A stretch of DNA of 64,000 nt from positions 32,001 through 96,000 of IMG/VR virus record IMGVR_UViG_2974786931_000001; one strand, written 5' to 3'. Position numbers and translations under genes: made by a program. Below the pieces are notes generated by a model. That model worked only from the letters and a program-made list of their open reading frames with translations, did no database searches and had not been told where the DNA came from. Each line of letters begins with the position of its first letter. The first letter of the stretch is position 1. This DNA comes from a virus. Lineage: Duplodnaviria; Caudoviricetes. This document shows positions 1-9,870 of the stretch, one piece after another.

Positions 1-525
1 GTCAATCAATGCTAAAAGCAAAGTTGTAGACATAGTTGGTGCTAAATTATGCTCATCGATTTCTTTAGCCAAACCTGTGCAGAACGTATAGTCAAACATA
101 CATTCTATACCTGAATTTAAGCTAGGATTACAGTGTAACAAAATCTGCTTAACATTAGGACGAATTTGTCTGAGATGTTTAGCCACTGCCAACATTTCTT
201 CTGTCTTACCTGAACGACTAATATTGACCACTACATCATCTGGAGCAATGAAACCAGCATCACCGTGAAGATAATGACCTGTGTTCAGATAAAGGCTTGG
301 AATACCAAGAGAAGCAAATGTTTCTGAAGCCTTAGCAGCGATATTAGCGTTTTTACCAACACCGGTTATGATTACTCTATTCTTGTAATCAGAGAGTCCA
401 GGGACTCTCATACACTCTAGGATTTGCTCGTACTTATCTTTATGAACAAACAGATTAGTACTTAATGCATGTAATGCGTGAGCTTGGAGAACTAGGGCAT
501 CTCGTGCCCTGTCTATTGAATTCAT
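1..525 (-). CDS. SIS-domain sugar isomerase, D-arabinose 5-phosphate isomerase (KdsD/GutQ-like); 3' end lies outside the window
   Basis: Manual translation from ATG 525: MNSIDRARDALVLQAHAL...RVIITGVGKNANIAAKASETFASLGIPSLYLNTGHYLHGDAGFIAPDDVVVNISRSGKTEE. It has the KdsD-type TGxGK, HGD and ISxSGxTxE motifs and starts 1 nt after the gene 43 stop. Not in the ORF track because it is truncated. Confidence 0.88.
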   Translation of the reverse strand, partial: MNSIDRARDALVLQAHALHALSTNLFVHKDKYEQILECMRVPGLSDYKNRVIITGVGKNANIAAKASETFASLGIPSLYLNTGHYLHGDAGFIAPDDVVVNISRSGKTEEMLAVAKHLRQIRPNVKQILLHCNPSLNSGIECMFDYTFCTGLAKEIDEHNLAPTMSTTLLLALID

Positions 526-526
526 A

Positions 527-3232
527 TTACCATCCAAAAATATCATCAAGGGATGCACGTTTTTCATAGTGCAATTCAGCTGCAGTTGTAAAGGATTCAA
601 GAGGCTTTACAAATGTCTTGTTAAACAAAGATGTGTAGTCAAGATATTTTAATACATCATGTTCTATAGCACTAGGCAGATTAATACCTGATGGCCATGA
701 GATAACTTTATCGCCAAATGGGTTTTGGTCCATCAATGGTAGAACCATTACCTTTTCACCTTCAACAATAGCTTCAGCACCATCGACATTTTTAGATGCA
801 CGGTTATAAGTTAACACACCACGAATATGAGATGGGCATTTAAAGGCTGGGAATCCGTTATCATCATATTTTGCAATGTTATTAGCAGAACTAACAGAAG
901 CAATAGTTGTATAGTCCTGTTGCCTGAATTCAGATTCGAATTCTTTGTAATATTCTTGAAGAGATTGTTCACCTTCTTGAAGCATACGACGAATACATTC
1001 TTTAAGAGCTTTTTGACATGCTTTAGGCGTACTTGATTTTTGTGTTTCAAGACCCATGATTTTCATCTTAGGTTCTGCATAACGTGTTCCTTCCATATCA
1101 TACACATTTAAAGCATAACGTTTCTTAGCAGTCCAGAATCCACCAATACCATCGGAACCAAGAGGTGGACAAGAAATAGCTTCACGGTCCATGAACATTA
1201 AGTGTTCCTTATTGTTCATGTAAGCACCCATTTCACGGAAACCTGCATCAATGGCTGGTTCCATTTTTTCACGAGCAAACTTATCTAAGAAATCGACTAA
1301 GTGGTTCGTATCACGGAATTTATCTTCACCAACTTTTTCAATCAATTTATCAACACAAACGTAAACCGAGTCAGTATCACCTGCGATAACATAATTGAAA
1401 TTATCTGTGCCAATAGTCTTATTCAGATATTCATTAATCTTACGTTCAATCCATTGAATAGCCATTTGGCCGAACAAAGTGATAGCTGATGCGTTACGTA
1501 AATCATAATAACGGAAGTAGATATTGCCAAGTGCACCATACAATGAGTTGATGAGCAACTTACGGTTAATCTGGGCTGTGTTAGAAGCAATTGCTGCACG
1601 GTCTGCTTTATCCAACAGCATACTCAAATCAGCTTCGGTTAGTTCTTTCAATAGTTCTTTAACTTCATCGTCAAAGTCAGCTCGATGGTTGATATCAGTT
1701 TTAAGAGATTTGTCACCAAATGATTTATGGTTCAAAATATCTTTAATAAGTTCCATATTACGCTGTGCTGCAAGCATATAACCTTTGTGTTCTTTACGTT
1801 GATTAAACACTTTAGTAATTTCTACTGGGATGATGCCATCAATATTTTTATCGAACATCCAACCGTTAGGAGAACAACTAAATTCTTCTGAAGGTTTAGG
1901 TGCAGTCATATTAATATATTCTGCAATAGGATGCAGTTTAAATTGTCCTGCAATTGTTTCTGGACTAATACCGACTTGACGAATAATTGATGGATACAAT
2001 GACGTTAAGTCAAAGCTCATAATATATTTGTAAGCAGACGGTTTAGGCTCTTTAACATATGCACCTGGATAGCCTTGTTGCACATGACGTTGTGATTGTG
2101 GAATAACTTTATCTTGAGCTTTCAGTGAGTTAAAGATAATAGCGTCCCAAGTCTTGATAGGACTAAACACTGATTGGATTTGCATTTTAGCATAATAACC
2201 CAATGACATACTCAAGTTCAAGAATTGACGTTTCTGGTCAATTTGTTGTACACGTGCTACGTCGATAATGTTGTATGAAATATAACGTTGATGGTCTAGT
2301 TCACGAAGTTTGTTAATAGGACCATCATACTTCATCTTACCAACACCAAGTTCAGCTTCAGCTACATAATCCAACTTATATGATGCTTGGTTAGTAAAAC
2401 TAAACTTCTTGTACAAATCAAGATAATCTAGTACACTAATACCTAATGGTGTAATAACTTCTTTATCGCCATACATATTTTGAATAATCTTAGAATTCAC
2501 CTTACGATTAGGACTTAAACGTTTAGCAGTGTTTTCGCCGAACACATTCTTCAAACGATTGTACATATACGGGTTATCAAAACCTTCAACGTTCCAACCA
2601 GTTAGAATAACAGGAGTTTGACGTTCCCATAGATTCAAATATTCGAGCAACAATTCTTCTTCTGTATCAAAAGCCATATACTCAATACGGTCTAAGATAT
2701 CTTGCGGAATTTCATCGCCACCTTCAGATTCTGGAAGACCAGCTTTAATTGGACACCATTTAGTGACAGAGCCATAAGGGGAGTTTAATAAATCGAATAC
2801 ATAAAACTTATTAGCTACTGAATCATAGTGTGTTAGGGCGTCAACAGGATATAATGCTTGTGATGCATTAGGAAACTCTGGAGCTGTTACTTCGATGTCA
2901 TAGTTAACAGTTCTGATTTTTGATGCATCGTATTGAATTTCATCAGGATACTTATCAGACAAGTAGGCTAATTTAAAATCATCCATACCCATTGCATCTT
3001 GTCCAATATCTTCCATACGTTTCATCCATTGCTTAGCTTCCCACAATGAATCAAATTTCTTTTTCTGGCAATTAGCGCCGTAGATATCTTTATACTTACT
3101 TTCATTTTGAGTGTGATGGAATAACGTAGGACTATATTTAATTTCTCGACGTTGTTCTTGTCCATTCTTATCAATAAAACGTTCGTGTAAGGTATCACCG
3201 ATTTGTTCAATAGTTAGATAAAATTCTTGCAT
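527..3232 (-). CDS. 43: B-family DNA polymerase gp43
   Basis: DIE exonuclease motif, SFDLTSLYPS, KLLINSLYG and GDTDS motifs; C-terminal clamp-binding SLDDIFG. Confidence 0.99.
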   Translation of the reverse strand: MQEFYLTIEQIGDTLHERFIDKNGQEQRREIKYSPTLFHHTQNESKYKDIYGANCQKKKFDSLWEAKQWMKRMEDIGQDAMGMDDFKLAYLSDKYPDEIQYDASKIRTVNYDIEVTAPEFPNASQALYPVDALTHYDSVANKFYVFDLLNSPYGSVTKWCPIKAGLPESEGGDEIPQDILDRIEYMAFDTEEELLLEYLNLWERQTPVILTGWNVEGFDNPYMYNRLKNVFGENTAKRLSPNRKVNSKIIQNMYGDKEVITPLGISVLDYLDLYKKFSFTNQASYKLDYVAEAELGVGKMKYDGPINKLRELDHQRYISYNIIDVARVQQIDQKRQFLNLSMSLGYYAKMQIQSVFSPIKTWDAIIFNSLKAQDKVIPQSQRHVQQGYPGAYVKEPKPSAYKYIMSFDLTSLYPSIIRQVGISPETIAGQFKLHPIAEYINMTAPKPSEEFSCSPNGWMFDKNIDGIIPVEITKVFNQRKEHKGYMLAAQRNMELIKDILNHKSFGDKSLKTDINHRADFDDEVKELLKELTEADLSMLLDKADRAAIASNTAQINRKLLINSLYGALGNIYFRYYDLRNASAITLFGQMAIQWIERKINEYLNKTIGTDNFNYVIAGDTDSVYVCVDKLIEKVGEDKFRDTNHLVDFLDKFAREKMEPAIDAGFREMGAYMNNKEHLMFMDREAISCPPLGSDGIGGFWTAKKRYALNVYDMEGTRYAEPKMKIMGLETQKSSTPKACQKALKECIRRMLQEGEQSLQEYYKEFESEFRQQDYTTIASVSSANNIAKYDDNGFPAFKCPSHIRGVLTYNRASKNVDGAEAIVEGEKVMVLPLMDQNPFGDKVISWPSGINLPSAIEHDVLKYLDYTSLFNKTFVKPLESFTTAAELHYEKRASLDDIFGW

Positions 3233-3235
3233 TGT

Positions 3236-3262
3236 ATTTCCTTTTTAGACGAGTAATTGTCT
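3236..3262 (-). promoter_or_regulatory. Gene 43 translational operator hairpin plus Shine-Dalgarno
   Basis: Minus strand AGAC-AATTACTC-GTCT AAAAAGGAAA immediately before the ATG; the T4 operator loop is AAUAACUC. Confidence 0.75.
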
Positions 3263-3276
3263 TTAGTGTGTAAGAG

Positions 3277-3309
3277 TATTATACCCCGAAAGGAGCCTTT
3301 CGGCTCCTA
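3277..3309 (-). terminator. regA terminator hairpin followed by the -10 of the gene 43 promoter
   Basis: AGGAGCC-GAAA-GGCTCCT TT, then TATAAT at 3282-3277. Confidence 0.7.
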
Positions 3310-3313
3310 TTGC

Positions 3314-3679
3314 TTAATTACCAATCGTATATTTAGATTTCAGAGTCCATTCTTCTTTTTGTTTGAATGAAATAACTCTGAAGTTATTTTCCATTTCATA
3401 CATAGTTTCATCGGCTGATTTAATATCTAAAAGTCCCCAGTTTTCTAGCAACTGAGCAATTGAATCTCGACGAACTTCATCTTCAGAATCAATTAGAACT
3501 TGTCGGCCATCCATTTTAAGCATTTCTTTAAAATGAACAATATAATAAAGACCTTGTTTTTGGAGAATATGGCAGCTTTGATATAGGATTTTTTGAGTAT
3601 TATTTGCAATACCCATACGTGTCAAGGTTTCTTTAACTTTTAAAAAATCTTCAGGTTGTTTCAATGTGATTTCAATCAT
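3314..3679 (-). CDS. regA: Translational repressor RegA
   Basis: MIEITLKQPEDFLKVKETLTRMGIAN...YYIVHFKEML; synteny. Confidence 0.97.
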   Translation of the reverse strand: MIEITLKQPEDFLKVKETLTRMGIANNTQKILYQSCHILQKQGLYYIVHFKEMLKMDGRQVLIDSEDEVRRDSIAQLLENWGLLDIKSADETMYEMENNFRVISFKQKEEWTLKSKYTIGN

Positions 3680-3681
3680 TT

Positions 3682-4251
3682 TTACCATTCCAATGCTTGC
3701 TTTTTCAAGTCTTTTTGTTCTTTGACATTTTTAGTCACTGTTTTTAAGAAATCATCAGTAACCAGCGATTTTAATTTTTTTAAAGTTGGAACCAATGTAT
3801 TTTTAAGTGTCATAGTCTCTTTGTACATAATTGCATCATCTGCATTAATGCCATAATAAGACATCAGTAACTTAATAATAAACACGGTATCAGTCTGTTC
3901 TACAAACTTAGTTGATTTAGAAAATCTTTTACCGTGCGGAATACTATTTAAATAATAATTATAATGTTGTTGATCTGTTAAACTTGAACCAACAAGATTC
4001 ATCACATTGACTGACATAATACAGTCAACATGTTGGCTTAACATATTATCAATCATGAATTTACTATAATTACTAGATACTGAAACATCACGAGCACGTT
4101 TACTTGTGTTGATATCATTAAGAATAGCGAAGAATTCATTTTCTGGTTTTTCGCTGAACTGTTCACACAACTTAGATAGCATGTCCCAATCTTGGGTCAT
4201 CCATGCTATATCAAAGTCTGACTGTTTTTCGTCGTCATCAAACAAACTCAT
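3682..4251 (-). CDS. 62: Clamp loader small subunit gp62
   Basis: MSLFDDD N-terminus; lies between 44 and regA. Confidence 0.93.
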   Translation of the reverse strand: MSLFDDDEKQSDFDIAWMTQDWDMLSKLCEQFSEKPENEFFAILNDINTSKRARDVSVSSNYSKFMIDNMLSQHVDCIMSVNVMNLVGSSLTDQQHYNYYLNSIPHGKRFSKSTKFVEQTDTVFIIKLLMSYYGINADDAIMYKETMTLKNTLVPTLKKLKSLVTDDFLKTVTKNVKEQKDLKKQALEW

Positions 4252-5213
4252 TGCCATTGCATTTCCACCGCTAAACGAATCAAAAGATATGCGATATGAA
4301 TTTCAATATTAGCAGCTAGGCCATAATATTGATTGCTTTCACCGATTAGTTCATATAAACGAATCTTACTGGACTTATTGATAACTTCGTACAATTCATT
4401 AGACAATTTTTCTACAAAGTTAGCATAATCAGCGGCATATCGTGGAGCTAGTGAACGAAGGTCTTTAATATTCTTATCTTTCAAAGCTTCGATTACTTCA
4501 TTAATAGTACCACGTTCTACAACAACAGCACTCAAAATGCCCGAGTCAATAACACCTTTATAAGAATAACGGTCTAAGTCATTAACTGTTTTACGAAGGC
4601 TTGGGAAATTCTTTTTAACTAATGCTGCAATAACTTTCATATCTTGGATTTCGATATTTTCGTTTTTACAGATATCAACACAACGATAAATCATTTCTTT
4701 CATCATTGCATTTTTGTCGACATCAGTTGCTAAACCAAATTTAATAACTTGAGCTCGGTCTTGAAGAGGTTTAATAATACCTTCAAGGTTGTTTGCTGTA
4801 ATAATAATTGTACAGTTATGAGAATATGTTTCCATGAAAGCACGTAAGTGTTTTTGGGATTCAGCAACATGAGAACCACGGTCGAATTCATCAATAACAA
4901 TAACTTTTTTACGCCCATCAATAGAACCAGAAGATGCAAAACGTGTCAATTCAGTACGAACAAAGTTGATCAAACAATCAGCGCCATTAACAAACATCAT
5001 ATCAGCATTAGTGTCATTACATAATGCTTTAGCTACTGTTGTTTTGCCTGTACCTGGTGAATTACTTTGTAAGATTAAATGAGGAAGTGTGCCTTTTTTA
5101 ACTAAGGCTTTAAACATGGCTTTATCTTCAGCTGGAAGAATACAGTCATCAATTGTTTGTGGACGATATTTTTGTTCGAAGATATGTTCGTCGTTATTTG
5201 TTGCAATTTGCAT
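4248..5213 (-). CDS. 44: Clamp loader AAA+ subunit gp44
   Basis: EQKYRP, SPGTGKTT and IDEFD motifs. Confidence 0.98.
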   Translation of the reverse strand: MQIATNNDEHIFEQKYRPQTIDDCILPAEDKAMFKALVKKGTLPHLILQSNSPGTGKTTVAKALCNDTNADMMFVNGADCLINFVRTELTRFASSGSIDGRKKVIVIDEFDRGSHVAESQKHLRAFMETYSHNCTIIITANNLEGIIKPLQDRAQVIKFGLATDVDKNAMMKEMIYRCVDICKNENIEIQDMKVIAALVKKNFPSLRKTVNDLDRYSYKGVIDSGILSAVVVERGTINEVIEALKDKNIKDLRSLAPRYAADYANFVEKLSNELYEVINKSSKIRLYELIGESNQYYGLAANIEIHIAYLLIRLAVEMQWQ

Positions 5214-5230
5214 ATTATGTTCCTCAAATT

Positions 5231-5246
5231 AGGGACCGAAGTCCCT
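5231..5246 (-). terminator. C(UUCG)G hairpin between genes 45 and 44
   Basis: AGGGAC-TTCG-GTCCCT with a weak U-tract. Confidence 0.6.
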
Positions 5247-5253
5247 TTAAAAA

Positions 5254-5958
5254 TTAAACGAAATCGTAAGTCGAATCTGATTCTACAGCAATAACATAAT
5301 TAACTTGTGTACCTTCAAAACGCAATGCAGCTTGCTTTTCAGTACCTTTGATTTTTCCCCAAATCATTACTTTATAATCGCCATCAACAATTTTCAAGTT
5401 GCTCATATTGATAAGAATATTAAATTGATGTTCACCGTCGTATTCGCCTGCTTCAAGAGAATACAGAATTTTAGAACAAGACGAATCAGCTACTTTGTTA
5501 TAGCCATTAATAACAATTTTACCTTCATTATTAGTAATGCCTAATGTGTCGATACCCATACCACGTGATACACGAAGCAATTGTTTCAGTTCTTCACCTG
5601 GAAGTTCAAAGATGACATGAGCCAATGGGAACTTAACAGCACTTGGCGGAAACTTAATTGAACTTGGGTCTGCAGAAGCCCAGTTAATAGTTGAACGACC
5701 ATTTCGAATTTCGATATTAGCCATTTTAGAATCATGAGTGATTTCAGCATTTTCGCCAACCAGACTCAATACACTCAAGAATGCTGGCAAATCGTAAATC
5801 GCTACATCAAAATCAATTTCGTCTGCAATAGTTGCATCAGCATAACTTGTGCCATTCACAGCACGAGTCATTACAAAGTTACCTTTCTTTAGCATCAAGC
5901 CAGAGTTAATGGATGAGAAGTTTTTAAGGATGCTAATAGTTTCTTTGGACAATTTCAT
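5254..5958 (-). CDS. 45: Sliding clamp gp45
   Basis: MKLSKETISILKNFSSINSG, with an AAGGA RBS before ATG 5958. Confidence 0.97.
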   Translation of the reverse strand: MKLSKETISILKNFSSINSGLMLKKGNFVMTRAVNGTSYADATIADEIDFDVAIYDLPAFLSVLSLVGENAEITHDSKMANIEIRNGRSTINWASADPSSIKFPPSAVKFPLAHVIFELPGEELKQLLRVSRGMGIDTLGITNNEGKIVINGYNKVADSSCSKILYSLEAGEYDGEHQFNILINMSNLKIVDGDYKVMIWGKIKGTEKQAALRFEGTQVNYVIAVESDSTYDFV

Positions 5959-5987
5959 TTTATTTCCTTTCAAATCAGTGTGAGATT

Positions 5988-6015
5988 ATTATATCAAATC
6001 TTTATATTAAGCGTT
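5988..6015 (-). promoter_or_regulatory. Middle (MotA-type) promoter for gene 45
   Basis: AACGCTTA box followed by TATAAT. Confidence 0.55.
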
Positions 6016-6420
6016 AACAACGCCATTCATTTCATTACGAACTGAAAGAGGCAATTCAGTAAAGAAGCCTGGCAATGCATCGATTGTACGCAATGCGGCT
6101 GTAATAAGATGTTCATCCGAATCCATACAGAATTTATCTTCTAGACGATTGTCACCAATTTTATCTACAATCATTGATGCACCGTTTTTAATAGAATCTT
6201 CTTTATGGGAATTCATAACACGAATCCATTCTTCGCCAACCATGGAATCAATTGCAGAATAAATCATGAAACGAGTTTCTTGGTTAATTCGACGAAGTTG
6301 TGTGCCAAGTTCAGTTGGCAATTGCATGACCCATGATTTACGAACACGGTTGTCGATATTAGGGTTCATAGAAGAACGAACGTTTACTGGTTGCAGGTCT
6401 TTAGTTGTGATAGCGATCAT
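6007..6420 (-). CDS. rpbA: RNA polymerase-binding protein RpbA
   Basis: DLQPVNVRSSMNP..NRVRKSWV; synteny. Confidence 0.9.
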   Translation of the reverse strand: MIAITTKDLQPVNVRSSMNPNIDNRVRKSWVMQLPTELGTQLRRINQETRFMIYSAIDSMVGEEWIRVMNSHKEDSIKNGASMIVDKIGDNRLEDKFCMDSDEHLITAALRTIDALPGFFTELPLSVRNEMNGVVNA

Positions 6421-6431
6421 AATATTTTCTC

Positions 6432-6632
6432 TTATTTGTTAAAATAATCTTCAAGGAACCAGGCTGAACTTCGTCCAGCCAATATTTTTTCTAATTCTTT
6501 AGGGTTATCAGCAAATGCATCTTCAAGCATTTTATCAGTAACCATATGGTGTTGGCTACTGAATGTATTGTGTAGAATATAACGTTTTATTTCTAATGCA
6601 CATAACAAGTGCTGATTTGAATCGATTTTCAT
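6432..6632 (-). CDS. 45.2: gp45.2-like conserved protein
   Basis: RYILHNTFS motif; lies between 46 and rpbA. Confidence 0.7.
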   Translation of the reverse strand: MKIDSNQHLLCALEIKRYILHNTFSSQHHMVTDKMLEDAFADNPKELEKILAGRSSAWFLEDYFNK

Positions 6633-6634
6633 AA

Positions 6635-8317
6635 TTATTCCATTACGGTAAACCGTCCAACTTTCTTCATTTGGATATGCTGCCCATAATCTTGTGGGTC
6701 ATGGTCTTTATGGCTAATAATAAAGATATTGGCGTCTTTCATACCGTTAATAATATTAGCTACGCATTTAACTGCATCTGAGTCAAAGCTTCCATCAAAA
6801 ACCTCATCCAAGAACAATGAAGAAATATTCATACCTGACACTTTAGATGCAATATCACGCCACGTAAACATCAAACTGATGTCGATACGTGATTTTTCAC
6901 CTTCACTAAATGATGCATACATAAATTCTTCACGACCACGGGATTTAATTGTTTCATTAAACTCTTCGTCAAGATTGAAACTATAATCGGCTTCAAGTAT
7001 TTTCAAATAATGATTAATTTGTTTGTTGAACAAAGGAATATATTTCTTAATAATAGCACCTTTAATGCCAGAATCTTTAAGCATTTCAGTGATAATACCA
7101 CGATGATATTTTTCCATTACCAATTCAGTTTTTGTTGCAATGATTTTATCATGTTCAGTTTGAAGCATAATAACATCATGACTGTTATCGATAAATTCTT
7201 GTGCAGCTTGTTCAATCAATGTTTTAACTTTCTTGGCTTTAGTCACAGCTTCAATTGCTTGAGCTTTGTGATTAGCAATATTTGTTTTAGTAGTCTGTGC
7301 TGCGCGTGATTGTTCAACAAATTTATTTTGAATTTCTTTTAATTCATCACGTTGTGTCTTAATTATATTAAGATTTTCATTAAGCACGCTATGTTTAGAT
7401 TGAATAGTTGAAACAACATTACCATGTGCTTCAAGATTCTGAAGACATGTAGGGCAATCACCGCCATCTTTATACAATCCAAGAACTCTAGTGAAGTTAC
7501 TCATCTCAGATTGAATACCATACATCTTCTGATCTAATTGACGACAGGATTCACTAGGGTCATCCGAGATAACTAAGTTGAGTAATTCATCAGTTAATAT
7601 TTCTATTTTAGCCTTGTGACCCTGGGCTTCACTTACGAAGTCATCATACATACTTTGGAAACGAGCTACGTTTTCTTCACCCATTTTCTTTTGGCGTTCA
7701 GCATTATCTTGGTAGATTTTAATCTGCTGCAATATGCCATCTTTCTTTGTATCAATGATTTGAACTGATTGATTAATCTCACGAATATTAGATTTATTCA
7801 ATTTATCCATTTCGGCTAATACAGAAACTTCTAAAAGGTCTTCAACAAGTTTGCGACGAGCTGGCGTGGTAAGTGCCATAAACGGTGTATATCCTGCTGT
7901 TCCAAGGACAACGATTTGTTTAAAGGCGTTGTAGGTGATTCCAATAAGTGATTCGAAGTAACTTTGGAAATCTTTTGAACTGGCCGATTCGTTAAGCTTT
8001 TCGCCGTCTCGTTCAATTTCGAATACTGTAGGTTTCTGACCACGTTTGATATAATAAGAATGGCCATCATATTCCATCCATAATTCAGTTAGTAATGCTT
8101 TCTTATTAGTCGTGTTAACTAATAAGCCCTTTTTAATATCACGGAATGGCTTGCCGAACAATGCAAATGTAATGGCTTCAAGCATTGTTGATTTGCCACC
8201 ACCATTCTTACCAGTGATTAATGACTTATGGGTTTTGTCTAGTTGAAGGTCAATTGCTTGGCCACCAACAGACATGATATTTTGATACTTGATTCGATTA
8301 AGTTTAAAGTTCTTCAT
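6635..8317 (-). CDS. 46: Recombination nuclease ATPase subunit gp46 (Rad50/SbcC-like)
   Basis: GKNGGGKST, CPTC zinc hook, FSEGEK and LDEVFD motifs. Confidence 0.98.
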   Translation of the reverse strand: MKNFKLNRIKYQNIMSVGGQAIDLQLDKTHKSLITGKNGGGKSTMLEAITFALFGKPFRDIKKGLLVNTTNKKALLTELWMEYDGHSYYIKRGQKPTVFEIERDGEKLNESASSKDFQSYFESLIGITYNAFKQIVVLGTAGYTPFMALTTPARRKLVEDLLEVSVLAEMDKLNKSNIREINQSVQIIDTKKDGILQQIKIYQDNAERQKKMGEENVARFQSMYDDFVSEAQGHKAKIEILTDELLNLVISDDPSESCRQLDQKMYGIQSEMSNFTRVLGLYKDGGDCPTCLQNLEAHGNVVSTIQSKHSVLNENLNIIKTQRDELKEIQNKFVEQSRAAQTTKTNIANHKAQAIEAVTKAKKVKTLIEQAAQEFIDNSHDVIMLQTEHDKIIATKTELVMEKYHRGIITEMLKDSGIKGAIIKKYIPLFNKQINHYLKILEADYSFNLDEEFNETIKSRGREEFMYASFSEGEKSRIDISLMFTWRDIASKVSGMNISSLFLDEVFDGSFDSDAVKCVANIINGMKDANIFIISHKDHDPQDYGQHIQMKKVGRFTVME

Positions 8318-8526
8318 AGGTTTTCTTCTTCAATTCGCGCAGTAGTCCATTCTATCATATCGGCTTCAGAGCTAAATTCTTTGTTGAAATGTTCAGACCA
8401 TATATGATTAATAGAACATTCAGACATAACGTACATCAATCCAGTGTATAGACCATCTGTTTCTGTCCATTCAACACTTCCATACCAGCCATCGCCTAAA
8501 TAAAAATCATGCATTTTGAGCCTCAA
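8314..8526 (-). CDS. gp46.1-like hypothetical protein
   Basis: DFYLGDGWYG..EW; lies between 47 and 46. Confidence 0.6.
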   Translation of the reverse strand: MRLKMHDFYLGDGWYGSVEWTETDGLYTGLMYVMSECSINHIWSEHFNKEFSSEADMIEWTTARIEEENL

Positions 8527-9532
8527 TGAAAAGTTTTTTAGCTAAGATTTTAAGTGATTTGATGTCATCTGGAGTAACATCATTGATAGCATCAATATAA
8601 TCTTCCATTATCTCAAGCAAACTTTTAACTTCAATTTCTTCATCAGAATCTGCAAGGTCAACACCATTATCTACTTTAGAAATAACTTTAAGTGTATAGA
8701 CGACTTTTTCTAATTCAGCTTCAAACTTAGTTAAGCCATCATCAACTTTTTCTGCAATAACACGAACAGCCAAGTTTTTAAAATCTTCTACTTTAAATGA
8801 TGCATCAGCAGGATAAAAAATCTTACGATGCCAGCATGTTGGGTTTTCTACAAATACCATGCTTTTATCTTCAGTATCAAATACCCAAAAACCACGTGGA
8901 TCATTTTCATCGCCAGCAGTTAATGTCCATGGAGTACCAATATACTTAACGTTAGCAGCTTCGCTGATTGTGTGGAAATGCCCAGACCAAACTTGTTTAT
9001 ATTTCTTCAAAAAATCTGGTTCTAATCCATGAGATTTCATGCCACGATAAAAATAAAAACCATTTAGTTCCCAGTGCCCAATACAATAATCAGCTGAAGA
9101 TGTTTTAACGTGATTCATAATCTCAGTCGTGTTTTCGTTACACATCCAAGGAATCAAATCAATTAAGCACCCGTCGAAATCTACTGTAGTTGGATTTTCA
9201 TAGACAATGATATTTTCATATTTACCTAACACTTCAGTTACTGCGTTAGGTGTTAATGTATCTTTATAGTGCATATCGTGATTTCCAACAATGACATGCA
9301 TCACAATACCAGCTTCTTCGAGCATCGTAGCGATTTCACGTGCAAATTCTAAGCACTTATGCGTAATAGCTTTGCGAACATCAAATATATCGCCATACTG
9401 GATAATTACTTTAATATTATTTTCTTTAGCATATTTGATATGTTGGCGGATACCTTCACGCTGAATATTTTGTACCCAAGGGTCATCATTTTTAACGCCA
9501 AGATGCCAATCGCCTGATTGAATTATTTTCAT
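8507..9532 (-). CDS. 47: Recombination nuclease subunit gp47 (Mre11/SbcD-like)
   Basis: GDWHLG, GDIFD, GNHD and SGHFH motifs. Confidence 0.98.
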   Translation of the reverse strand: MKIIQSGDWHLGVKNDDPWVQNIQREGIRQHIKYAKENNIKVIIQYGDIFDVRKAITHKCLEFAREIATMLEEAGIVMHVIVGNHDMHYKDTLTPNAVTEVLGKYENIIVYENPTTVDFDGCLIDLIPWMCNENTTEIMNHVKTSSADYCIGHWELNGFYFYRGMKSHGLEPDFLKKYKQVWSGHFHTISEAANVKYIGTPWTLTAGDENDPRGFWVFDTEDKSMVFVENPTCWHRKIFYPADASFKVEDFKNLAVRVIAEKVDDGLTKFEAELEKVVYTLKVISKVDNGVDLADSDEEIEVKSLLEIMEDYIDAINDVTPDDIKSLKILAKKLFIEAQNA

Positions 9533-9558
9533 TCTGTTTTCCTCTAATAAGTTAATTC

Positions 9559-9584
9559 ATTATATCATATGTTTAGAAAGCAAA
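9559..9584 (-). promoter_or_regulatory. Middle promoter for gene 47
   Basis: MotA box TTTGCTTT, then TATAAT. Confidence 0.8.
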
Positions 9585-9608
9585 AATGGAACCACTAGGG
9601 TTCCATTT
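9583..9608 (-). terminator. Rho-independent terminator
   Basis: AAATGGAACC-CTAGT-GGTTCCATTTTT. Confidence 0.7.
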
Positions 9609-9855
9609 GTTTTGTTAGCACATAGCCATTAGCTTCAACAATTGCTTTAGCTTTTATAAATTCATTTATCATTTGCTGTTTCTGAGCGCGTATTTTAGCA
9701 AATTGGATATTTTCTGACTTAGAGCAAGGATAACAATAATAAGACCGTTTAGGGCCAGAATATTGAACACTACACTCATGACATATACAAAAATACGACT
9801 GGTCATCAGGCCAGTCGTGTAATGACGCGCGTATAGTAAATTCTTTAATATACAC
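9595..9855 (-). CDS. Hypothetical Cys-rich (CxxC...CxxC) protein
   Basis: CHEC...CYPC; GTG start is uncertain. Confidence 0.6.
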   Translation of the reverse strand: MYIKEFTIRASLHDWPDDQSYFCICHECSVQYSGPKRSYYCYPCSKSENIQFAKIRAQKQQMINEFIKAKAIVEANGYVLTKQMEP

Positions 9856-9870
9856 CCCAATCTTCTTCGT

